Made by a program: the position numbers and the translations under genes. A stretch of DNA of 62,184 nucleotides, the filler included. It is 7 parts of 7 records of this genome, joined end to end, with 100 filler letters (N's around TTAATTAATTAA, not from the genome) between each part and the next. Parts side by side here need not be neighbours in the genome. Positions count along the whole stretch, not along the records: positions 15,153 to 24,093 come from SRR31147125_58416; positions 24,194 to 35,544 come from SRR31147125_58457; 5 more parts are not named here. One strand, written 5' to 3'. Shown here piece after piece: positions 22,504-31,486 of the stretch; the stretch's first letter is position 1, and each line of letters starts with the position of its first letter. Under the pieces are notes generated by a model, which worked only from the letters and a program-made list of their open reading frames with translations, was not told where the DNA came from and did no database searches.

Positions 22504-23874
22504 ATGTCCAGAGTATTAATAATCGAAGAGCAATCATCAGAGGCATATGAGCAGTCTGTTTTAATATCGAATATGGGATACGAGTGCTACATTGCTAACG
22601 ATTTAAACAGTGCGGTTGATATGCTAAAAGACTTTGCTGCCGATATAGTGTATGCTAATTTTGGCATGGCAGAGACGAATAATTTTAGCTTTCTCGCAAA
22701 AGTATTCGAGTCTTATTCATCCCTTCCTGTCATTTTATATTCAGGTGGCATTACAACAGAGTTAGCTATAAAAGCTATGAAACTGGGCGTTTACGATATT
22801 TTGCAATTGCCAGCTTCTGACACCCAAATTGAAAAAGTGTTTAAAGATGCCGTAATCCCCAAAAAACCGAACAATTCTAAAAAAAACAGAAAAGTATCAA
22901 ATTACCAATCTACTTATTTATATGATGTTATCGGCGAAAGCCAATGCATAAAAGATGTGGCGAAACGAGTACTAAAAGTTGCGCAATCAGAAGCAAATGT
23001 GATGATTTATGGCGAATCCGGAACAGGTAAAGAATTGATTGCAAAAAATATTCACTTACATAGTGAACGCCATAATAAGCCTTTTGTGCCATTAGATTGT
23101 GTTTCCCTTCCTTCAAATTTAATTGAAAGTGAATTGTTTGGTTATGAACGTGGTGCATTTACTGGTGCTGTCAAAGAAAAACCCGGTCTGATAGAGCTGG
23201 CTGATGGAGGTACCATTTTTCTTGACGAGATTGCAGAACTGGATTTATATTTGCAAGCTAAACTTTTACGATTATTACAGGAACGGCAATTTCGAAGAAT
23301 TGGTGGTAAGGATATGATTAATGTGAACATTCGGATCATATCTGCTACAAACTGGAATCCTGAAAAAGCAGTCCAAAAACAAAAGTTAAGACAGGATCTT
23401 TATTACCGTTTAATTGTCGTACCCATTCAATTACCTCCACTTCGCGACCGAAAAGAGGATATCTCTTTATTAGTTCAGCATTTCATTCATAAATTCAGTC
23501 CATTTTGTAAAAAGCAAATCAATGGCATTTCAAGTGAAGCCCTGCAATGTTTGAAGAAATATGACTGGCCGGGTAATGTCAGAGAGCTGCAAAATGCCAT
23601 AGAACAGGCTATGTCATTTGCAGAGTATGAAGCGATCGGCATCGAAGACTTGCCTGAAAAAATACGGGAAAATATTCAGGTATATGAAGAAGCTTTTTTT
23701 CAGAACATGAGCTTTAAAGAGGCAAGAGAAAAATATATGAGAAGTTTTTGCGAGCATTATTTTAAAACCATGCTCAAAAAGTATGAAGGCAATATTTCAA
23801 AATTAGCGCGAGAATCGCAGTTAAGTCGTGGAACAATATATCGTCTACTTCAGGATCTGAAAATTCAGACATGA
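22504..23874 (+). CDS. Sigma-54-dependent transcriptional activator (NtrC-like; atypical receiver, AAA+, Fis HTH)
   Basis: GESGTGKE Walker A, ELFGYERGAFTGA, FLDEI, RQDLYYRL, WPGNVRELQN, C-terminal GNISKLARESQLSRGTIYR. The ORF track starts at 22447; ATG 22504 is more likely. Confidence 0.92.
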   Translation: MSRVLIIEEQSSEAYEQSVLISNMGYECYIANDLNSAVDMLKDFAADIVYANFGMAETNNFSFLAKVFESYSSLPVILYSGGITTELAIKAMKLGVYDILQLPASDTQIEKVFKDAVIPKKPNNSKKNRKVSNYQSTYLYDVIGESQCIKDVAKRVLKVAQSEANVMIYGESGTGKELIAKNIHLHSERHNKPFVPLDCVSLPSNLIESELFGYERGAFTGAVKEKPGLIELADGGTIFLDEIAELDLYLQAKLLRLLQERQFRRIGGKDMINVNIRIISATNWNPEKAVQKQKLRQDLYYRLIVVPIQLPPLRDRKEDISLLVQHFIHKFSPFCKKQINGISSEALQCLKKYDWPGNVRELQNAIEQAMSFAEYEAIGIEDLPEKIRENIQVYEEAFFQNMSFKEAREKYMRSFCEHYFKTMLKKYEGNISKLARESQLSRGTIYRLLQDLKIQT

Positions 23875-24093
23875 TACATCTTGAAGGGGGATTGTAAATA
23901 GATAGAAATTATTTTCAAAAGGTGGATTTGGCTGCTTTTAGAAAAATATGCTTAGAACGAATAGATTCATTTACCTTTATCGCTGTTTGATAGTTTGTAA
24001 TACCATAGATTATAAAATTGTACGGCTTTGCTGCAAAAAATAAGCATGATAATAGTACAGGGCATTTTTTTGTTTCAACGCAGAGGGGATCTT

Positions 24094-24193
24094 NNNNNNN
24101 NNNNNNNNNNNNNNNNNNNNNNNNNNNNNNNNNNNNNTTAATTAATTAANNNNNNNNNNNNNNNNNNNNNNNNNNNNNNNNNNNNNNNNNNNN
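24094..24193. other. Contig-joining spacer
   Basis: N block with TTAATTAATTAA. Confidence 0.98.
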
Positions 24194-24457
24194 AACATCC
24201 TGGAACATGCCCTGATCATCTGCCGCGAGGCGGCCATCCACCCGGATCACCTGCCCGATTATGTCAGACAGACCGCGCCGGTCAGCCGGAAATCCCAACC
24301 GCCAATCTTTTCGGCAATATCCCCGACCCCGGAACACCGGCGCATCCTGGCGGCCCTGGAGAAAACCGGCGGCCATCGCCGCAAGGCGGCGCGGGAACTG
24401 GGCATGGAGCGCACCACGTTGTGGCGCAAGATGAAAAAGTACCGTATTCAATTGTGA
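24194..24457 (+). CDS. Sigma-54-dependent Fis-family activator, 3' fragment
   Basis: Manual translation NILEHALIICREAAIHPDHLPDY...ILAALEKTGGHRRKAARELGMERTTLWRKMKKYRIQL* matches the end of an AAA+ domain plus Fis HTH. Confidence 0.88.
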   Translation, partial: NILEHALIICREAAIHPDHLPDYVRQTAPVSRKSQPPIFSAISPTPEHRRILAALEKTGGHRRKAARELGMERTTLWRKMKKYRIQL

Positions 24458-24491
24458 CCTCGGTCACACTATTTATGTGAGTCCCGTCACT
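24453..24491. promoter_or_regulatory. Two tandem TGTGA-N6-TCAC(A/T) palindromic binding sites
   Basis: TGTGACCTCGGTCACA at 24453-24468 and TGTGAGTCCCGTCACT at 24476-24491, 23 bp apart, upstream of the GRE operon. Confidence 0.65.
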
Positions 24492-24607
24492 GCGCAAAGC
24501 GACAATCTCTGCTCATAGTGCAACCATTCCAAGCTGGCACCGATAAAGGATAGGCGCCATCGCATCCTATTCGGTATGGACCGCCCCCCTATGCATAGGG
24601 AGAAGAA

Positions 24608-26302
24608 ATGGACATCCCTCACCTTAACATTGCAAATTTTCAGTCGCCCGATTCCGCCTCGGCGGCGACCTTGGCCAAGGACCTGGAGACGTTGCTGAAC
24701 GCTGACTACGAGGGTGACATGTTCGCCCTTCTGGCCGGCTACCAGCGCATCCTGGCCGACAACCGTCAACGTCGCCATTGGGCCGTAATCCACCACAAAC
24801 TGGAGACCTTGTTCAAGTGCGGGACCTATTGTCCCCTCGACGGCCCCATGATCGGCGTCTCCGTGTCGATCCGGGACAGTGACTACTTCCGGGAAACGGC
24901 GAGGCGGTTGGGCCGCACGCGCTCCAGCATCGCCAATATCGAATGGATGGCCAGCGCCTGGAACATGACCTTTGCCGACACCGGGCTCTGGATGGGCAAG
25001 ACCTTCGAGCCGGTGGACCGCCAGGTGGTGGACCACAAGACCGGCGGTGATGCGGCCACCATGGCCGGCTACGATCCTGAGACCAGCCGCATCGGCCGCA
25101 ACTACTTCCGCGATCCAGCCCGGCCCGATCCGCTCCAGCGCCTGGGCCTGCCCGTGCTCACCCCCCTGTGGGGGCTGAAACCACGCCCCATGACAACGGA
25201 TGCCGAAGGGTTCGACGGACGCCTGACCGAAGACAACCTGGCCAGGGAAATGAAGATCCCCTACACCATGACCGGCGGCATTTTTCTCGCCGCCCCAGGC
25301 CGGTCGGTGGTCCCGGAGATGAACGGCAAGGCCGTCTACCAGCTTAACTACCGCTGGCCACGCCTGGACCCCACCTATCCCCTGACCCGGCTCATCGACG
25401 AGCTGGTCCAGATTGCCGAGGGCATCTACCTGGGCCAACTGGTGTTTGCCACCCGGCATTACAGCCTGGGCAGCCCGCGCCTGCCGGATCGTCCCGGCAT
25501 GTCGGCCAGCTCCCTGGGCAAGGCTTACACGGGTGAGGCGGACAGGTCGCTGGACACGCTTTTCGATCGCTTCATTGGCGATCGGGCCGTCGATTACGGC
25601 TATCAGAACAACGGCTTTTTTCTCATGCTGGATCCGGACCATGCCGAAAAAATCTACGCCGACGATGCCTTTCCCCAATTGCGCCCCCGCAGAGGGGAAA
25701 GCGGCTTTGTCGAGCTGGGCGACGATGCCCGGGTCCGCACCGCCGCAGCGGCCAAGCCGCCGGGACGCGGGGCCGTGATCACGGACTGGACCAACGGCTG
25801 GCGGCAGCACGCACCACTCGCGGAGAAGTTCACCACCTTCCTCCTGGAGCCGGATCTGCCGCCCACCGCCGTCGATGACGTCCAGGCCATGCGCCGGGAG
25901 GGCGAATCGATCCTACAGATGCTCCAGCGCATCAGCCGGGAAACCGCCGCGCGCACCGCCGGCGATGACCGCCTGCGCCATTTCGACCGCTTCCACCGCC
26001 TGTTCCGCGCCGGCGTGGCCCCAACCGTGGTGGACATGGTCTGGCACAGCATCGGCAAATACATCTTCCCCTGGGCCGGCAAATCCTTCGAGCGCATCGG
26101 CGGCCGCAAGCTGAGCATGTTCCTCGACGAGAGCGTTGATCTAACCGAGCGCTACCCACAACGCGTCCGGGAGCTAAAAACCCACCTGGCCAGCGCACCG
26201 CACTACGCCCTGGTCAAAAAGGCCGCCCGGCGCCACGGCCCCCCCGGGGGTCTACGCGCCGCACCTGGCCGGCGGCAGTTGGGACCGGGGGATGAGCCAT
26301 AA
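24608..26302 (+). CDS. Hypothetical protein with an internally repeated W-x-GK-x-F domain; 3' end apparently truncated
   Basis: GGGAG RBS and GC-rich coding pattern. Motifs LWMGKTF, YQLNY, LIDELVQIAEGIYLGQ and a second PWAGKSF. The C-terminus degenerates at a C7/G5 run and an AT-rich insert. Confidence 0.75.
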   Translation: MDIPHLNIANFQSPDSASAATLAKDLETLLNADYEGDMFALLAGYQRILADNRQRRHWAVIHHKLETLFKCGTYCPLDGPMIGVSVSIRDSDYFRETARRLGRTRSSIANIEWMASAWNMTFADTGLWMGKTFEPVDRQVVDHKTGGDAATMAGYDPETSRIGRNYFRDPARPDPLQRLGLPVLTPLWGLKPRPMTTDAEGFDGRLTEDNLAREMKIPYTMTGGIFLAAPGRSVVPEMNGKAVYQLNYRWPRLDPTYPLTRLIDELVQIAEGIYLGQLVFATRHYSLGSPRLPDRPGMSASSLGKAYTGEADRSLDTLFDRFIGDRAVDYGYQNNGFFLMLDPDHAEKIYADDAFPQLRPRRGESGFVELGDDARVRTAAAAKPPGRGAVITDWTNGWRQHAPLAEKFTTFLLEPDLPPTAVDDVQAMRREGESILQMLQRISRETAARTAGDDRLRHFDRFHRLFRAGVAPTVVDMVWHSIGKYIFPWAGKSFERIGGRKLSMFLDESVDLTERYPQRVRELKTHLASAPHYALVKKAARRHGPPGGLRAAPGRRQLGPGDEP

Positions 26303-26559
26303 ACCCCAATATTGCATAGTAAAGATTGATAAAAATCGCCAATTACCATGACCATCGAATATGAGACATACTGGCCACCATTTTTAGAATCAACCGACGG
26401 TTGCATTACAGGATTGGAGGCTTTTTCTTCATCTTTTTCCCCTTCGGGAACGCCGGAGGAGACCGGATCCGGCGTTGCCAAGGGATCGCGGTAGCGAGAT
26501 CACAGCTTCACCCTTGGCGCCTTGGCTCTGGCGCCCTCCGGCTCTTGCACCATTGGGGT
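26303..26559. mobile_element. Putative MITE/IS remnant with imperfect 14-bp terminal inverted repeats
   Basis: ACCCCAATATTGCA (26303-26316) and TGCACCATTGGGGT (26546-26559) are reverse complements at 12/14 positions. Abrupt GC drop at the left end. Confidence 0.4.
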
Positions 26560-26579
26560 AACTATCTAAGGAGGGAATC

Positions 26580-29054
26580 ATGCCCCAGATCACCCTAAAC
26601 GACATTGCCCTGAAAGACTTCACCCTGGACAATCTGCCCCGGCTGGCCGAACTGCGCCGCCTGTCGTTCGCGCGCAAGCCGGAGATATGCATCGAGCGGG
26701 CCCGCCACGTCACCGCCTATCTCAAGACGCGCGACAGGCCGGACGACGCCCCGGAGGTGCGCCAGGCCGGAAAAGTGGCCTATTTCCTGAAACGCAAGAC
26801 ACCGGTCTTCCACGACCGCAACCTTTTGGCCGGCAGCACCACCAGCAAAGCCCTGGGCGCGCCGCTGTTCCCCGAGTTCTTCGCCCTGACCCTGTGGCCG
26901 GAGCTGGACACGGTCGGCACCCGGGAAAAGAACCCGCAGAAACTAACCGCCGAGGAGGCGAGGGAACTCAACCTGGAGATTTTTCCCTTCTGGATGGACA
27001 AGAACGTCCTGGAACTGACCCGCCGCCAGGTGGGCAGCGATCGCCAGAGCCTCAAGCTTTTCGAAAGCCTGGTCTTCTTCATCGCCGCCAAGGCCGGCTG
27101 CATCTCCCATGCGGTCCCCACCTACGCCCCCATGCTGACCCACGGCCTTACCGGCCTGATCGACATGGCCGAAAGGATGCAAGCGGCAGCCACCGTACGC
27201 GCGGATAGCCAAGCCGCAGGTCAGGCCGATTTCTACCGCGCCGTGCGGATCGCCCTTAACGGCATCATCCGTTACGCCGAAAACATGGCCGACGCCGCTC
27301 TGGACATGGCCGAAATGACCGACGACCCGACGGTCAGGCAGGAATTTCGCGACATGGCGGCGGTCTGCCGGCGGGTGCCGGCCCAGCCGGCGACCACCTT
27401 CCGTGAGGCGCTCAACGCCGTCTGGATCTGCCAGGTGGGCATCCACGCCGAGAATATCAACATGGCCATGAGCCCCGGCCGCCTGGACCAGCTGCTCTAC
27501 CCCTACTACCGCGAGGACATGGACGCGGGACGATTGGACCTGGCCACGGCAATGGAATTGATCGGCTGCCTGTGGCTGAAGATCGCCGACAACGTCACCA
27601 TGGTGCCCGAGGCGTCGGAAGAGCTGTTCGGCGGCGCGGGCACCGTGCCGGCCATCACCCTGGGCGGCGTGGACGAGAACGGCGAGGATGCGGTCAACGA
27701 CCTGACCTACATCATGCTGCGGGCCACCGAACTGCTCGCTATCCGCGACCCCAACGTCAACGCCCGCTTTGATGTGGACAAGAACAGCCAGGCGTACTGC
27801 CGTCGGGTATGCGAGGTGATTCTAAACACCAAGGCGGTGCCGGCTTTCTTCAACGACCAGGCCAACATCGCGGCACTGATGGGCCAGGGCGAGGCCATCG
27901 CGCACGCCCGTGACTATGCGGTGATCGGCTGCGTGGAGCTGGCCAGCAGCGGCCGGGACTACCCGGCCTCCAGCTCCATCATGCTCAACCTGGCCGCGCC
28001 ATTGGAGATGGCTCTTTTTGGCGGCAAACGGCCCATCACCGGCGACGAGCAAATCGGCCCGGCCACCGCCGATGCGGCCACCCTGACCAGTTTCGAGGCC
28101 TTCTGGGAGGTATTCAAGACCCAGCTGGACTGGCTCATCGAACAAGCCATCGAGATCAACGAGGCCATGGGCGCCGTGCACCAGCAGATGATGCCCTCGC
28201 CCCTGCTCTCCGCCTTTTTCGAGGGGCCCATGCAGTCGGGCCGCGACCTGATCCGGGGCGGATCGACCTACAACTCCTCCGGTGCCACGCACATCGCCTT
28301 TGCCGACGTGGTCGACTCGCTCAACGCCATCGAACAGGCGGTGTTCATCGACAAGAAAATCGATTTCGCCACCCTCGTGGCCTTGGTGAAAAATGATTTC
28401 GCCGGCCAGGAGGGAGAGAAGATCCGCCTCTATCTGAAAAACAGGACGCCCAAGTACGGCACCGAAAACCCCATCGCGCGCAAGAATGCCCAAAATCTTA
28501 TCGGCCATCTCTTTGCGGTCTACCAGTCCCACATCAACTACCGCGGCGGCCCCTACCGGCCGGCCTACTGGACCATGACCAACCACGCCGGACTGGGCGG
28601 CATCACCGGTGCCCTGCCCCACGGCCGCAAGGCCGGCCGGCTGTTTGCCAGCGGGATCACCCCGGTCTCGGGCGCCGCGCCGGAGTTGACCGCCTGCCTC
28701 AATGCCGTGGCCGAACTGGGCGGTAAAAATGTGCCGGGCTGCTGGGCCCTCAATATCAAGTACCGCCCCGAGGAAGACACGGCCGCCATGACCAGGCGCT
28801 TCGCCCAGACCATCGAGGCCTATTTCCGCGCCGGGGGCCAACAGGTGCAGTTCAACATCATGACCTACGAAATGCTCATGGACGCCAAGCGGCACCCGGA
28901 AAAATATCCCGAGCTGATGGTGCGGGTGTCCGGCTACTCGGCCTATTTCAAGGATCTCAACGAGATGATGAAAAAAGAGCTGATCACGCGTGCCATGTAT
29001 GATCTGGCAAACGGCCGGGCCGTTCCCTGCCCGGATTGGGAAGAAGGGAGGTAA
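26580..29054 (+). CDS. Glycyl radical enzyme (PFL2/eliminase-like), uncharacterised class
   Basis: Gly loop LMVRVSGYSAYF, Cys loop VIGCVE, MSPGRLDQLLYPYY, ITLGG..G.DAVNDLT, QVQFNI; AAGGAGG RBS. Confidence 0.93.
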   Translation: MPQITLNDIALKDFTLDNLPRLAELRRLSFARKPEICIERARHVTAYLKTRDRPDDAPEVRQAGKVAYFLKRKTPVFHDRNLLAGSTTSKALGAPLFPEFFALTLWPELDTVGTREKNPQKLTAEEARELNLEIFPFWMDKNVLELTRRQVGSDRQSLKLFESLVFFIAAKAGCISHAVPTYAPMLTHGLTGLIDMAERMQAAATVRADSQAAGQADFYRAVRIALNGIIRYAENMADAALDMAEMTDDPTVRQEFRDMAAVCRRVPAQPATTFREALNAVWICQVGIHAENINMAMSPGRLDQLLYPYYREDMDAGRLDLATAMELIGCLWLKIADNVTMVPEASEELFGGAGTVPAITLGGVDENGEDAVNDLTYIMLRATELLAIRDPNVNARFDVDKNSQAYCRRVCEVILNTKAVPAFFNDQANIAALMGQGEAIAHARDYAVIGCVELASSGRDYPASSSIMLNLAAPLEMALFGGKRPITGDEQIGPATADAATLTSFEAFWEVFKTQLDWLIEQAIEINEAMGAVHQQMMPSPLLSAFFEGPMQSGRDLIRGGSTYNSSGATHIAFADVVDSLNAIEQAVFIDKKIDFATLVALVKNDFAGQEGEKIRLYLKNRTPKYGTENPIARKNAQNLIGHLFAVYQSHINYRGGPYRPAYWTMTNHAGLGGITGALPHGRKAGRLFASGITPVSGAAPELTACLNAVAELGGKNVPGCWALNIKYRPEEDTAAMTRRFAQTIEAYFRAGGQQVQFNIMTYEMLMDAKRHPEKYPELMVRVSGYSAYFKDLNEMMKKELITRAMYDLANGRAVPCPDWEEGR

Positions 29055-29056
29055 GC

Positions 29057-29497
29057 ATGCTGGACCTGATTACCAACGCAGCCCAGAAACGACTGTGGGC
29101 GAACTTCAAGGACGCGTTCTCGTCCCAGGTGGCGGAGGATTTCCTGGAGACGCTGCTGAACCTGATGAAGATCGTTTTCGTGATCAACCCCGACTATCGC
29201 CGCAACATCGAGAGTTTCAAGGGGCGCTACCAGTTCCTCGGCAAGGACGAGCGGCTCAAGGTGGGTGTGATCTTCGGCGGCGGCCGCATGGCGGTAGCGG
29301 ACGAGAAGATCGAGGATCCCGACATCACCATCGCCTTTCGCGACGGCCGGACGCTGCTCGACTTCATCTTCTCGCCGCGCCAGGACATCCTGGGGGCCAT
29401 GTTGCGCCACGACGTGGAGACCACGGGCAACCTGAACTACCTATACAAGTTCGGGTACATGGCCAAACAGCTGCAGCTTATGATGCCGCAACTGTGA
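29057..29497 (+). CDS. SCP2 (sterol carrier protein-2)-like small protein
   Basis: GGAGG RBS overlaps the GRE stop. Pattern RYQF..VIFGGGRMAV..EDPDITIAFRD..LL..DILGAML..VETTGNL.YL.KF resembles the SCP2 fold. Confidence 0.7.
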   Translation: MLDLITNAAQKRLWANFKDAFSSQVAEDFLETLLNLMKIVFVINPDYRRNIESFKGRYQFLGKDERLKVGVIFGGGRMAVADEKIEDPDITIAFRDGRTLLDFIFSPRQDILGAMLRHDVETTGNLNYLYKFGYMAKQLQLMMPQL

Positions 29498-30396
29498 AAA
29501 CGGCCCTGATCGGCGACATCGGCCGCTACGCGCTGCACGACGGCCCCGGCATGCGCACCACGGTGTTTTTCAAGGGCTGTACCTTACACTGCCCCTGGTG
29601 CCACAACCCGGAGTACATCGCCGCCCAGGCCGAGATCGCCTGCCATCCGGAGCGCTGCATCGGCTGCGGCGACTGCCGGGAAACCTGCCTGGAGGGGGCC
29701 GTGAGCGTCGACCCGGTGGTCCAAATCGATCGCCAGCGCTGCACCGGCTGCGGCCGGTGTACCGCCGTCTGTCCGGCCAGGGCCCTCGATAGGGTGGGCC
29801 GGGAATACGAAACGGAAGCACTAATCGAGATCCTGTTGCGCGACCGCCGGTTTTACGAGGCCTCCAACGGCGGGGTGACCCTCTCCGGCGGCGAGGCCAC
29901 CGGCCAGATGGGATTCTGTGGCGACCTGCTCGAACGCCTGAAACAGGAAGGAATCCACACGGCCATCGAGACCAGCGGGTTTTTCGTCTGGGAAAGGTTT
30001 CAAAGGATCTGCCTGCCACACCTGGACCTGATCCTGTGGGACCTGAAACTCGCCGATCCGGACCGTCACCGGCAGGTCGTCGGCGTGGACAACGGGCCGA
30101 TCCTGTCCAATCTGAAGCGGTTGCTGAAAAAAATCCCCGATCGCGTCATCGTGCGCGTCCCCCTGATCCCGGGCTACACGGCGGACCGTAAAAATCTCAT
30201 GCAGATCGCCGACCTGCTGCTGCATGGGCACCCCGCCCGCCGCTGCAGCCTCCTGCCCTATCATCCCATGGGGCGGGGCAAGGCCGAAACAATCGGCCGA
30301 TCAACGGATGCGACACTGCCACGGACACCGCTGGATGCAAAGACCCTGTCGCAGTGCCGGCAGTATTTCAACGCTTTCGAAATCGTCGATCCATGA
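29494..30396 (+). CDS. Glycyl-radical enzyme activating enzyme (radical SAM with ferredoxin insert)
   Basis: HDGPGMRTTVFFKGCTLHCPWCHNPE, CIGCGDC..C and CTGCGRC..CP, GGVTLSGGE, LLPYH. GTG start overlaps the upstream TGA. Confidence 0.93.
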   Translation: MKTALIGDIGRYALHDGPGMRTTVFFKGCTLHCPWCHNPEYIAAQAEIACHPERCIGCGDCRETCLEGAVSVDPVVQIDRQRCTGCGRCTAVCPARALDRVGREYETEALIEILLRDRRFYEASNGGVTLSGGEATGQMGFCGDLLERLKQEGIHTAIETSGFFVWERFQRICLPHLDLILWDLKLADPDRHRQVVGVDNGPILSNLKRLLKKIPDRVIVRVPLIPGYTADRKNLMQIADLLLHGHPARRCSLLPYHPMGRGKAETIGRSTDATLPRTPLDAKTLSQCRQYFNAFEIVDP

Positions 30397-30427
30397 CAAT
30401 TGACAGCATGCAAAAAGGAGCAAGACC

Positions 30428-31486
30428 ATGCAAATCGATTTCCATCACGCCACCACCTACGTCGCGGCCCGCCTGGCCGGCTTCGCCCATGCCGAGGCGG
30501 ATATTGTCGCCCATGCGGCCCAGTATGTGGACGACGCCACCAGCAGCGGATTGATCAACTTCGACAAGGATCAGCTTTATTTGCGGATCAGTTCGGCCCA
30601 CAAGATGATCGATACGCGCAACACCAGGAAACTGAAAAACCATCTGGTTTGGATACCGTTTCATTTTCTTCCGGGTAACGATGGCTTGGGCCAGGGCCTG
30701 AATCCCATCGGCACCTTCGTCAACAAGCTGGTCTGCAGACCCGACAGCCCCATCGCCCAGCTGATGGTCCGACAGGCCATCCTCGACCGCAAACGGCCCT
30801 ACGGGTTGCATCGCCTGGGAGTGACCATGCACGTGTATGCCGATACCTGGGCCCACCAGGGATTCGCCGGCGTGCGGCACAAAATCAACGAAGTCGAAGA
30901 TGCCAAGGAGACATCGAAATCGGGTGTCTTTTCCTCCGGCCTGAAGAGATTCGTCAAGGATATTCTCGACGATGCCATCCCGCCCCTGGGCCATGGCCGG
31001 GCGACGGTTTTTCCGGATATGCCCTTTCTCTCCTGGCAATACACCAACGGCAACAAGCAGATCATCCAGCGTGACAACACCGATCAGTTCTGCCAGGCGG
31101 CGGATCAAATGTGCCGTGCAATGCAGCGCTATGCCCTGGGCGATCCGTTTGCCGACACCAGCGGTATCGGTGCCAAAGACATGGCGAAGATCCGCAAACG
31201 GTTCGCCACGTTAAGGGAAAAGGATGGTAAAAAGCGGCATGCCGCGTGGCTCAGGGCCATCGCTGACGGGGCCTTCAGTTTCGGGAAGCAAAAGGTTTCC
31301 TATCCGGGCAAGGGCCCCGGTTCGTGGAAGGAGCAAGCGTTAGGCACCAGCGCGGACCAGCCCAGATACAAGTGGACGCCGTCCTTCATGGACAGCAACT
31401 GGAAGTATTTCCACGACGCCCTGCAGGCCCACCGTTTTTTCGTGATTCACGATCTATTACCAAGGTTCGGTATCTGCGCGGCCTGA
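30428..31486 (+). CDS. DUF6765-family protein (Zn-dependent phospholipase C/P1-nuclease-like motifs)
   Basis: MQIDFHHATTY..AR.AGF, AQYVDD, WIPFHFLPGN, LGVTMHVYADTWAHQGFAG, LGHG; AAGGAG RBS. Confidence 0.75.
   Translation: MQIDFHHATTYVAARLAGFAHAEADIVAHAAQYVDDATSSGLINFDKDQLYLRISSAHKMIDTRNTRKLKNHLVWIPFHFLPGNDGLGQGLNPIGTFVNKLVCRPDSPIAQLMVRQAILDRKRPYGLHRLGVTMHVYADTWAHQGFAGVRHKINEVEDAKETSKSGVFSSGLKRFVKDILDDAIPPLGHGRATVFPDMPFLSWQYTNGNKQIIQRDNTDQFCQAADQMCRAMQRYALGDPFADTSGIGAKDMAKIRKRFATLREKDGKKRHAAWLRAIADGAFSFGKQKVSYPGKGPGSWKEQALGTSADQPRYKWTPSFMDSNWKYFHDALQAHRFFVIHDLLPRFGICAA

Noticed and set aside
24535-24549. Sigma-54 promoter TGGCAC-N-
   Set aside because: The -24 element is good but the -12 position reads GG rather than GC; not called as a feature.
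24473-25810. 445-aa minus-strand ORF (and 27822-28895, 30368-31108)
   Set aside because: GC-rich antisense shadows of the plus-strand operon genes.
28990-29493. N-terminal extension of the activase in the ORF track (468 aa)
   Set aside because: Overlaps the SCP2-like gene in another frame; activase homology begins at GTG 29494.
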